Shown piece by piece: positions 53,161 through 64,000 of a stretch of DNA of 64,000 nucleotides (the first letter of the stretch is position 1; each line of letters opens with the position of its first letter). A model generated the notes under the pieces. It saw only the letters and a list, made by a program, of their open reading frames with translations. It did no database searches and was not told the DNA's origin. A program made the position numbers and the translations under genes. The DNA comes from Trichosphaerium sp. ATCC 40318 (lineage: Eukaryota > Protista > Tubulinea), in contig JALMLS010000480.1 of the NCBI GenBank assembly GCA_038496445.1, positions 1-64,000 of the forward strand, given 5' to 3'.

Positions 53161-56100
53161 CTAGTCATTAGTTATGAACTGAGTTGTGTTACTAATGTAT
53201 GTTTTTAGTTCCTTAAAAGTTGGTCTATTAGAAGGAGAAAACGCCCAACAGTCTTTCATGATACTCTTCCATTGGTGATGCCGACCACCCAAGTCAGGTG
53301 TATATCCTTCATCTCTGATACGTACTGCAAGATCAAACAAGTCATCTACTTTTCCAAAAGGAACTGTCCTGTAAATGATCTCATACATGACCATTCCAAA
53401 TGACCAAACCTGTAAACCAATTAAACCATGATAAGCTCATGCTGACTTACGTCGCTTTTAAGTTCATACAACTTTCTCATTGACTCTGGACTCATCCATC
53501 GAACAGGTCCAATATCGTTCTTTGTCTCTTGTGCTGTTCCTGAAATTGCTGATTTTCTGAGTCATGTTAATGACCTTACTGAGGGGTATACATTTACCGT
53601 CTAATGCATACCTTGACATTCCAAAGTCACTTATTTTTAATACATTATCTCGTGATACCTAACCCACATTATCACTTCATTCAGTTCTGAAAGAAATCAA
53701 ACTCATACCAACACATTTCTACATGCAAGATCTCTAACTCAAACATGCCATTAGAATTAGCCTCACAATATGAGTGAGATGTGAACATACCGATGAATGA
53801 TCATGTTCTTATGAAGAAAAGCCATCCCTGATGCTATTGAGCTTAAAAATGTCTTGATCTCATTGAATGTAAAATCTTCTTCATTGCTCAGATACAATTC
53901 TTGCAAAGATCCATTTGCCATGAACTCCAATACCAGCATTGGTTTTCCATCAGAGAAACTAAGTCCTAAAGTACCAACAATATTTGGATGAGGGTCAAGA
54001 CTCATGTTTACTTCAACCTGTATATACAAACAAAAGTTAAAGACTACATCAAAGATAGAAATACCAACACTCACCTCTCTGAAAAAGTTCTGGTTTGATT
54101 CAGGGCCAAGACTTGATATCTTGACTGCAACATCCTTCCCGTTATATGTAGCTTTCATAACGGACCCAAAACTCCCCTTACCTTAAAGAATTTATAAGCC
54201 TTTTAAGCACCATAGGGTGCGCCTTAAAACGAACCAAGTTGTTCTCCAAATATCAATTCTTCGTATTTAATCTTCATAGATTTTTGAGCATATTCTATGG
54301 TTAGACGTCTTTCGGGTACTAAACCATAAGGTGACATAGATATCACACTTTTCACCTGTGGTTCGACTTGGGGTTTATTACGAACACAATATTTCCAAAT
54401 CAAGAGTCCAGCAACAACAAACAGGAGTAGAACAGCTGTAAGGCATACAATAGCGATCACTAGAATTATGGTGAGATGTAACATAAGATATCTTGTCGTA
54501 CCAACACGTGATGACTCTGAGAGGCTCTCATCTCCAGATGAAGCGATAGTAGGAGCAATTGGTACTGAATTTGGAAATGTTGTTGGAGTTGTAGGTGATA
54601 ACGTTGTTGGAGGAGTAGTTGTAGGTGATAATGTTGTTGGTGGAGCAGTTGTAGGTATGAGAGGGAAAACAGGACTGAAACAGTTTGGATCAGGTTCGTA
54701 AAGACACTCTGGATTGTAGAATGTTTGACCTGGAGCTTCAGGAATTTGAAATGGAGCTAAGTGCCAACTTGAAACATTTGAGTTGTATATCATGCATGTT
54801 GGTGTTTGTTCTTCACATATCTAGAAAGGTATGGTTTGTAAAAGTATAAAGTACATTAACGTACATCTGGCAGGTTCACAGCTTTGCATCCAGGAAACTT
54901 AGTAACAAGGTCAAGCGAAGAATTGTTTATAGTGTTTGTATCACAATATTCCAAAGTATAAAGTCCTCCTTCTTCGCAACCAAACGCAGGTGATCCGGGA
55001 ACTCTTTTTTCAATAACACAGCTACCAGTTGAAATATCACAGTATGACACGTTACATATATCAGCAGAAGAACAAGGAATGTCACATAGTGTTTCTATTG
55101 AGGCAAGGCACTCAAGCTGACTGTTATTATAAAAACATTCGTTTGGGGCTTTGTGACATATTAGTAGATAGCTAAGGTACGAGGTTAAATACTTACAACC
55201 TTGACAATCATGAAAAGGTTCCGAAAATAATGCAAAATCAGAATCACATAAAGAATGTGATCCACCTATTAACAAAGTTGTCAAGAACTTCACAAACAAA
55301 GAAATATAACATACATTGTATGCTTGGTTCCTTTATGTTTGGGAATATATCATTTTGTGGAAAATAGCATCCTTCGTCTGGACTACGGCATTTGTTTGAT
55401 GTACATATATTTGCATCATTGCAATCGGCATTATCACATGTGCACTCTTGTTTGCATGTACATTCTGCTGCATGTTGAGCCACACAAACTTCGTACTTCT
55501 ATTTTTGAGGTGTTAGTGTACTTAGATGGCGTTTAACAACTACAGCCTGTTGACCTATTAAGGGACAAGACCTCGACCACCTGTAAGTATGCTTACTTGC
55601 CTTCACATATTTGAGGTTTAATTATCGGTAACACACGTGTTGATAGAAGTGTAGAGTCTGTGATGCTGATGGGATTTGGAAGTGGTAGAAGATTATAGTC
55701 TGTTGTTGATCCAATCGAAATTGAGTGAATTGTAAACCCCTAATTGTGTTCTCAATAAAACATAGTTCGTCTAGTTCTTGATACCTGAGATTCAAGAGTT
55801 TTTGTGATATTGTTGTTTGGGTCAAAACGTCCACATTTTGGACCATGGTATTGATTGACAATCATCACTTTTTTATTTCTTCCTTTTCTTCCATAATTAT
55901 CAAAATGATCACGTGCAACTGAAAGACCTTTTGAATTTCCTTGTTAATTTTATGCACCAAAGGGAAAACAAAGTGTATTGGAACCTGTTGTGATATCGTG
56001 GCATCCACCTATTGAGTTTACCATTCGAGTATCATTGAGTTGTTTAAGAAAATGTGCTTTTGTATGACTTCCCAAAGGCAATACAACTTGAGCTGCGTCT

Positions 56101-57304
56101 CGATACAATGTGATACCAGTACGATATCCATACTCTCCAAGTTTCAGTGGAGTTATCACATCAATAATAAACTGAAAGTACAAGTCCCAGTTTAAGTACG
56201 AACAACACTCCGCGAACGATGATCTATTAAAGAGCCCATAACCATCAGGTCGTTGAGAACACTCAGATGCTTGTATTTGAGTTATTAGTATAAAACTAAC
56301 TGACTGGACTGTATAAGCATACCTCCATCACAAGTTTCATTACGTAAAACATTTTCAAAGGTGTCAACAACTACAAAGAGTAAACACAATGCGACCGCCT
56401 AATGTATGTAACCAATAACTCACCAAACATTAAATCTGTTGTATCAACACAAAGAGCATCACTACAATTTGCAATTATTGGCATATCGAATCCAACATAC
56501 TCTAACGTATCAATAATTATGCCATCAGAGAATACAATCCTGTATAAACTTGATCAACATCACAAAGAACAGTAGTTACTTTACCTGGCAAATGCATTTG
56601 TTCTTTCAACAACGTATACTTCTACAACATCTAACAAGGTGCCAAATAGCGCTGGAGGAGGTCTTCGAAAACGAGTCCTTTAGATAATAAGAATAGAAGT
56701 TGTCACACTTTGTACGTGTTCAACATCTGGAATACTGGTGAGATTCCTCTATGTTTTATAATAACACCATATGTTTCCTCACTCTCGATCCATAGTGATA
56801 TATCGAAAGGGCTCTCTGTCAGGACTACATCAGGTTTTATGCGTGTGAGACACTCACTTTCACAGGCTGTATGTTGTTCTATCGCATTCTAGTACTATTA
56901 AAATTGAAGTTGGAAAAGTGCTTACCGACGAAGATTCCCAGATATCCAAAATGTGCTTTATAGGGCTTCTCCTACTGAAATATGCACGTGCATATATGGG
57001 AACAGTGCCAGCTGTAAGCGAACTAACTCCAAAAGAGCCAAACTGCACCGGCTGTAGATCCGTTAGACTTGAGTGTCAGATACTTTTAAAAACCACTTAC
57101 AATTCTTGAATTGTTTCCATACATGACAGCTTCCCATGCTGTCTCAAAATACGATATACCTTCCGACGACTGTGCTACGACAATAAGAGTCGCAAAGATA
57201 AATAGCAACAAATTCCTTGATTTAACTATTCTGTGTTTAACTCCGCCACAAAATTAATAATATTATCACGTGGGGTATGAAAACTACGTGCCTACGACAT
57301 GCAT
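53161..57304 (-). CDS. Receptor tyrosine kinase with Cys-rich (Dicty CTDC-like) ectodomain
   Basis: Signal peptide, CNDANICTSNKC repeats, PT-rich stalk, TM, GKGSFG, VAVK, HRDLACRN, DFG, GPVRWMSPES and DVWSFG. Confidence 0.88.
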
Positions 57305-57568
57305 AGTAATTAGAAAATGAAACGATTTCTTCACAACAATTAGCCTACGATGCTATTGCTGTGTGGAAATAATAATCACGTGATGCTCTCGTTTCTCCGA
57401 AGAGTTCGGGCCTGTGCTGAAGTGTAGCTTAAGTTAAGCGTCTATTTTCTGAAAAGACCTTAAAGACATGCTTTTGTTGTCTCCGAAGACCGGACCACGA
57501 CTTGCTGCCCACGTGGCATTTTCTTTTTTGAAAAAACACAAGTAACTCAAACGTGGTCCTCCTGTATT

Positions 57569-58258
57569 ATGACCTCTTCTCCCTCGAAATCGGTACAAAA
57601 TCACGTGTACATTCCTTTGGTTATGACCAACGATATTTAGACGGAAAAACCAAGAGATGAACAATGTTGTCTCTTAGATTACCTGCCAACTGAAATTATG
57701 CTTGATATCATTGAAATAGATGTTGAAGTGTATTTAAAGTGGCCAATGTTATCCAAACAAACAGCGATGACAACAAGATTTGATGGAGATATCGAAAAAC
57801 ACGGCAAATGGCTTAAGTATTTGATTTTTCAAGAAACAAAAGTGGTTGTTGAACAAATACACTGGAACCATGGTGAAAAAGAAGGAGAGTACAAGAGTTG
57901 GCATTCAAATGGTAGGTTATGGGAACAGGTTAATTATGTGAATGGTAAGCGAGAAGGAGAGCACAAGAATTGGAACTATAATGGTAGTATATATGAGCAT
58001 GTTAACTATGTGGAAGATAAAATAGAAGGAGAATACAAGTGTTGGTATAAAGGCAAGTTGTGGAAAAAGTGCAACTATGTAAAGGGCAAAAAAGAAGGAG
58101 AGTACAAGAGTTGGCATGATAATGGACAATTAGAGAAACAGTGTAACTATGTAAATGATAAAAAAGAAGGAGAGTACAAGATTTGGCATGATGATGGGCA
58201 ATTACAGAAGCAATGTAAGTATGTTAATGGCAATCTTCAAGTTTTAGGTGTGGTGTGA
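57569..58258 (+). CDS. F-box-like/MORN2-repeat protein, 48-nt intron (57593-57640)
   Basis: MTSSPSKS / TEKPRDEQCCLLDYLPTEIMLD..WPMLSKQTAMTTRFDGDIEKHG, then five EGEYKxW-type repeats. Confidence 0.85.
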
Positions 58259-58862
58259 AGACGGAATATTACACGAATGACAGTTTTTGAAGGATTGTAA
58301 GCCACTTTAACAGTAAACAAGATAATAAATGACTTTTATTTTAACACATGTTACTTGTCATGTTCAACATCATCAGCTACTTTCACAACAAACATGTCTT
58401 TTTTTTTTCTGCATATCTGAATACCATTCTCATCACTGCTTATTTGCTGTGGGCTTTGTTATCAACACATGCACTGTGGCCACAGTTTCCACTATCACAT
58501 CATCCACTACTCAAAATGATTCTTCTGGATACTACTCCAATGGCAATGCTTATTGCAACTTTCTCATTTGTCTATCTAGTTTTGTTTTTCTAAAAACGTC
58601 AATCAAATAAAAACTACTTTATTGTTATCAACTGTAACTAATCCAAGAGGTAGTTAATTTCTAAATCAAATTTTGTTCAAAAAAAGTTATCACGTGATTT
58701 TTGAAACCTGCTACAATACACCGTACAAGTAAGGCAATCATTTCGCTTTACAATGTTATTTAGAACACGCTTGCATTGGTCAAGACTGTTCAATTCAATT
58801 GTTAGTTAACATCACATCGCGACTAAAACAAGTTCACGTGGGTGACTACAAATTAACGCTAC

Positions 58863-60077
58863 ATGGAAAAAGGAAGAAACGAACCGAATAAAAAGACAAA
58901 CAATGCTAACCCAAGCCATTGGTGTTCAGGCAACCTCATCTCACTTCCAGTTGAAATTATCGTTCGCATCTTGAAATGCGGCACATTTACTCTGAGATCA
59001 GCCCAAACCTGTCGTTTGATGCGAGATATCGTCCACGTGCACGTTGGATATAATAATATTTACATATCAAACGAAGATGAACTGCTCCTGCTTTCTGGTA
59101 GCCCTTTACTTCAAAACACAAAAATTTGGTTAAACCACCAAATTTTTCCAACTCCTGAGGTATTTGATAGTTTATTGCCTATGCTTTCAGGAGTACATAC
59201 AATGAGTCTTGCATATTGTACGAATATCTCAGTTCATGGAATCAAGGCTATAGCAGGTGTTCATGATATTGATTTAGCACATACAAACATAACTGATGAA
59301 AGTTTGAAAGCGTTGGCTAGTGGCCACATTATCAACTTGTCTTGCTGTGATGACATCACAGATGAAGGAGTGAGCTCATTGGGAGGGTGTTATCCTATAA
59401 ACCTGAAAGAACGCTCGGTAACAGATAAGAGTTTAAAGGCGTTATCTGGTATCCACATAATTAATGTTTCCTCCTGTAAATCAATTACAGATGAAGGCAT
59501 CAAGGCGTTGGCAGGAGTACATACACTTGATTTATCAGACACAGAAGTAACTGATAAAGGATTGAAAACACTTGAAGGTGTCCATACTATCAAACTGGAG
59601 CGTTGTCATTTAATCACAGATAGAGGCATAAAAGCTTTAGCAGGTGTACACAAAATCAGCTTGTTTCAAACAAACATAACAGATGAAGGTTTGAAAGCTT
59701 TGAAAGGTGTACACACTATCAACTTGGCTTCATGCTTTGAAATAACAGATGATGGAGTCAAAGCATTGGCTGGTGTTCATGATATTGATTTATCTTGGGA
59801 TAAGGTGACAGATAAAAGTCTCCAGGCGTTAGCTGGTGTCCACACAATAAAACTGTTGGAAAATAATCTGATAACTGATTTCGGCATCAAAGCATTAGCA
59901 GGTGTACACAAAGTTGATTTATCGTTTACAGCAGTAACAGATGAAGGCTTGACTGCTTTGGTTGGCGCCCACACCATCATGTTGATGGCGTGTAACAAAA
60001 TAACAGAAGAGGGTATTAAATGGCTTCATTCTCAAAAGTACAAGGATGTGGGACTCAGTGTATGGGAAAAAACTTAG
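58863..60077 (+). CDS. Intronless F-box/LRR protein (GVHTI repeats)
   Basis: LISLPVEIIVRILK F-box; about 13 alternating 22/21-aa LRRs. Confidence 0.9.
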   Translation: MEKGRNEPNKKTNNANPSHWCSGNLISLPVEIIVRILKCGTFTLRSAQTCRLMRDIVHVHVGYNNIYISNEDELLLLSGSPLLQNTKIWLNHQIFPTPEVFDSLLPMLSGVHTMSLAYCTNISVHGIKAIAGVHDIDLAHTNITDESLKALASGHIINLSCCDDITDEGVSSLGGCYPINLKERSVTDKSLKALSGIHIINVSSCKSITDEGIKALAGVHTLDLSDTEVTDKGLKTLEGVHTIKLERCHLITDRGIKALAGVHKISLFQTNITDEGLKALKGVHTINLASCFEITDDGVKALAGVHDIDLSWDKVTDKSLQALAGVHTIKLLENNLITDFGIKALAGVHKVDLSFTAVTDEGLTALVGAHTIMLMACNKITEEGIKWLHSQKYKDVGLSVWEKT

Positions 60078-61270
60078 GGTCCCTAACACAGTTGTGTGAA
60101 AAGTAGAGATTGAATAGGACAAATAAAAATACCACAAGGGAATAGGTAAATTGTGTTTTGTTTTTATCACATACACCAGACATTGTCATTTTCATCATCA
60201 TCTATTGTTACTTCTTCTCTTAGACCCTGTTCACATTCTGGGAGGTTTTCTCACTTTGCATCTTTAGCGCTACTCTGTGAATTCTGACACGGATTTTCGA
60301 TAAAAAAAGTTACCGATAAGCCTATTTTGATTTTGTCATTACTCATAACCTAAATGACACTTTCCTTCCTCATAATTTGTCGCATATATAAACCACTATG
60401 CCAAAGGCGTATTAACACACTCGCTGTCGGAGTGTGGTGGAACCTTATACGACATTTGAGTGGCGGTTTGCATGTATGTATCCTGCACTGATTAAGTACA
60501 GAGTCTAGGTTAATTGACTTTGTGAACTTTGACGCAAATACCATGATTGAATGGAAACTTGTATGTGTGCATTGTCAGGTTAGGGTGGAACCAACAAGGG
60601 ACAGAGTATGCAACAAGATAGTTTTGGAGGAAGACTGATGTCTCCGTGGCTCAAAAGCAACACACGAGTTAGAATAACCACTGCCAGCTAGGCAACTAAT
60701 ACACGATTGTTTTGTAGGAAAGATGATGTCTTAGTGGCTATCAATAGCACACTGATGTTGTGTATATTTGTAGATAAAACACTACAGTGCCACTTGTGCA
60801 AATTACATTCGGATGAATATGTCAACCATTTCACATCAAAAAACTTGACCAGTCGCTGTTCACATACACCAATCCCTTTGTCTTTTTCTACAGCATCCTT
60901 TGACTTGATATCTCCAGCAGCGCCTTCCAAAGCTTTGTAGAATTTGGCGTGATCATCACCTTCTTATGACAACAGTAGTTGGTTAACCAACACGCTCATC
61001 AATAGCACGTGTCAATTGAGCTTGGTTTGAATTTGTGAGACTGAAGCTCAACTCTGAAATCAACATAACACGCATTAACACAATTAAACTATGGTTAATA
61101 TCAACAAAAACACCCACAAGCCAACCCTTGAAAACTTCATTTTCTTTCCAACAATTTTATTTTTTCTCTCTTTTCTCTTTTCTTTCTTACAAAATTCATA
61201 CCATAACGATTATATCTTGTACACTTGATTTATTTAGTCTTGTTGTTCGAATAGGTGCACTTTTAAGCTA

Positions 61271-62601
61271 TCATAATTTGTAAAGTACAAGGTAAATAAC
61301 ATGAGAACCAGCAATAACCAAGATAGTCAACAATATTAAAAAGTAAAGTTCTTCACGTATTTTCCAATCTAACGTTCCACCAAATATTCTTTTGTATCTC
61401 CTCTCAGTATTTCTTTTACCATTAATGTAATGACCTTCCATTTGTGCATAACCATTATGATACCACTCTATGTATGCACCATGAAGTTCATTGTTTTTAT
61501 AGGTATGGAAGCTGTGTTGTTCACCTGAAGAATACCACTGCCAGTATTCTCCTTCTAGTTTACCATTAACATAGTTACACTGCTCCACAAGTTGTCCATC
61601 ATTACTCCAACGTTTATACTCTCCTTCTTGTCTACCATTGACATATTTCACCTGCGAAGACAGCTTACCATTATCATGCCAGCGCTTACGCTCAACTTGT
61701 TTGCCATTATTGGCATAGTTGTTCTGTGATGACAGTTTACCTAAGTAATACTTGTCCTTTCTTATTACTTTACCTTTTACATAAAAGCTTATTACACTAC
61801 AATTAAAACCCATATGCATGTGCTCTCGTTCTAGTTCACCATTGACATAATTTCTTTCCGTTCTTAATTTACCAGAAAAGTACCACTTTTTATACTCTCC
61901 TTCTCGTTTACCATCAATACAATTGTATATCTTACGTAACACGCCATTTACATGCCACTCCTTATACTCTCCTTCTTGTTTACCATTGATGTACGTACAT
62001 GTCATATGTAACTGGCCTTCATTACTATGATACCACCTCTTGTACTCTCCGTGATACTGACCATGCTGATAATACACCTCAGCCTGTAGGACATTTTTTT
62101 GTTAGTTTTTTTTAATTGTTTTTTTGGGGCATAGTTTTTTCCGAATTTTCCGAAAACAAAAATTCGAAAAAATAGAATTCGTAGAAAGATGCATAGCTAG
62201 GGCAGTCCACTTAACTAGAAAGCGCCTGGTTCACTTACGGTCGGGTCCTCGCTGTGCTCGGAACTAGAACCCGACCTTCGCTCACATATAGTGATCCATT
62301 GGTGGGTATAGGCATTCGGTTTTTGTATCGAATTCTATTTTTTCGAATTTTTTCTTTCGAAAAATTCGGAAAAAACGTGGGTCCGGTTTTTTTTGCCTTT
62401 TACCTCGTATCCTCCTTGTTCGAGTCTAAATTGCCACGTTCCGTGTCGTTCTAGCTTATCATCGAACCTTGTCGTCATTGCTGTGTATTTCGATAGCAAA
62501 GGCCATATTTTATACAAATCAGGGTCTAAATCGATGATATCTAGATGTATCTCCACCGGTAGGTGTAATATATTGTTGTTAGTTAATTTTGAATCATTCA
62601 T
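61271..62601 (-). CDS. F-box-like/MORN2 protein with C-terminal TM, one intron (62084-62403)
   Basis: ILHLPVEIHLDII..WPLLSKYTAMTTRFDDKLERHG; the intron joins GGYE to AEVYYQHGQYHGE; ends LYFLILLTILVIAGSHVIYLVL. Confidence 0.88.
62134..62376. repeat. Intronic long inverted repeat (foldback)
   Basis: 48-bp arms 62134-62181 and 62329-62376 (3 mismatches) enclosing nested stems TGGTTCACT/AGTGATCCA and GGTCGGGTCCT/AGAACCCGACC. Confidence 0.9.
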
Positions 62602-63417
62602 ACGTTTAATACTTGTGTAACCCTAGTTTACTTTACTTTACTTTTATTCCGGTCAAGATTCTTATTGACGGTTTTTACAAATAAATTTACAGCTATTTGT
62701 TTCCCCATCATCGTCCACTTGTCGCCAGGGCCCCTATCCTAGTTTAATACTTGTCATCAAAAGCTAAGTGTGAAGAGGAGACGTTAAGCAAGAAATGTAG
62801 CCTTCCATTTAAACCTTTCTGCTTGTGTACTGTCTTTGCGTACGTAGGAGAGCCAAGTTCGCCTATTTGTACGCGTTTTTCAGGAGCGTTGTGAGAGAGG
62901 CATTTGGATCGCATCGTCGTTAGGATGATGTTATTTAGGATAGATGATACGTAGCAATTCAATAACTTAACCTGAAAAGCAGAGGCGTATCTTTAGTGAC
63001 CAGATGATCCCTAGAGAGTACTGACAATCTCACTACTAAAACACTGAAAAAAAAATTCAAAAATAAATCACGTGATTAGTTAACCAAAAAAAAAAGTTGG
63101 TTTATTTCAATATTTTTTTTATTACAAAGGGGGGAGTGGGAAAGTGTAAGGTGTATAAATTACCATAACCCAAGGATATCCGACTTTTAAAAATCTTTTT
63201 CTTTACATAAAGATATTAAACAAGAAGCGATTTACAAAAAAAGGGCCAAAGTGTTGTTAAAAATCGCTTAATCGTTGATCCAAAAAACCATCATATGACT
63301 CAGTTATGTTTTTGCTAGATGAAAAAAAAAATTAGACGTCTACTTATCGATAATGGGGGATGAGGTGGAGGGTGTTAGAAGATTAAAAAAACTTGGTTCC
63401 CTTTTTTTTTTTTTTTT

Positions 63418-64000
63418 CAGAATCTATGGCTACATACGTTGTATTGGAACTTTGGAATGCCAGAAGGCTGACCTGGCACTAGGAGTATACTTTTTAATTT
63501 CAAAAAAAATAAAAAAAGGTACAGAGAAAAGATAAATAGATGATCTAGATAAGATGCAAAAAAAAAAGTTCAACACAAAAAAAAAGTACGTACCACCGCC
63601 ATGTGGTGCATTATAACCATCTCCTGGTAAACCAAGAGATCCAGGAAATCCTGGAGGTTTCAACATACCAGTAGGTGGGGCAGGTAGGTGACCTATAAAA
63701 GAAGTTAGAGGGGAAATAATGTACTCGAGTACAAAATTCACTGAAAAATACGGAAAACTCCGTGAAGGTTTTTTGCGTTTCAAAGTGCGCTATGGACGTA
63801 CCAAGATGTCCATGTGGTGCTCCATATCCTGCAGGGCTTGAGAAAGTAGGTCCAGGCATCATACCAGGTGCTAGAAAGGTGTTACAATTGTTACGTCTTT
63901 ACGAATAAAGGCGTTTGATAATATTAAAAAAAAACGTACGATGAAATCCGTGAGGGATACCAGGTTGATTTGGATGAGGTGCTCCATGTACTTGGTGACC
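63418..64000 (-). CDS. 3' exons of a Pro/Gly-rich protein extending beyond the window
   Basis: Short exons with GAPHG/PPG repeats separated by GT-AG introns. Confidence 0.55.

Noticed and set aside
57623-57640. In-frame TAG suggesting readthrough or a variant genetic code
   Set aside because: Better explained as the acceptor of a 48-nt intron; long intronless ORFs use the standard code.
60300-61000. Possible Cys/His-rich coding region
   Set aside because: All frames are broken by stops and no recognisable motif could be assigned.

Overview
AT-rich nuclear DNA of a microbial eukaryote, most likely an amoebozoan. The evidence is many short GT-AG introns, a receptor tyrosine kinase with Dictyostelium-type CTDC cysteine repeats, and a TOM1-like multipass protein. 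Intron-rich host-type genes include Ras, an RCC1-repeat protein, a DBP2-like DEAD-box helicase, a glycosyltransferase-like protein, two inverted C2-arrestin copies and an OGFOD2/ICU11-like oxygenase with an F-box. Among them lie two dispersed families of F-box adaptors with repeat-array substrate domains: five intronless F-box-LRR genes (alternating 21/22-aa GVHTI repeats) and four F-box-MORN2 genes, plus several pseudogenes and an out-of-frame MORN-LRR chimera. Both repeat types resemble giant-virus (Nucleocytoviricota) repeat proteins, but no core viral gene is visible. Three MORN genes each carry one intron at a different position, and two of these introns fold into long hairpins. The window also holds at least five MITEs (one with an 8-bp TSD, one with a TA TSD), a poly(A)-tailed retroposed insert with a 17-bp TSD, a tRNA-like element and a ~2.8-kb inverted duplication. 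The palindrome CACGTG occurs about 70 times by manual count, mostly in introns and promoters. Exon boundaries were assigned by eye, so the ends of multi-exon genes are approximate.
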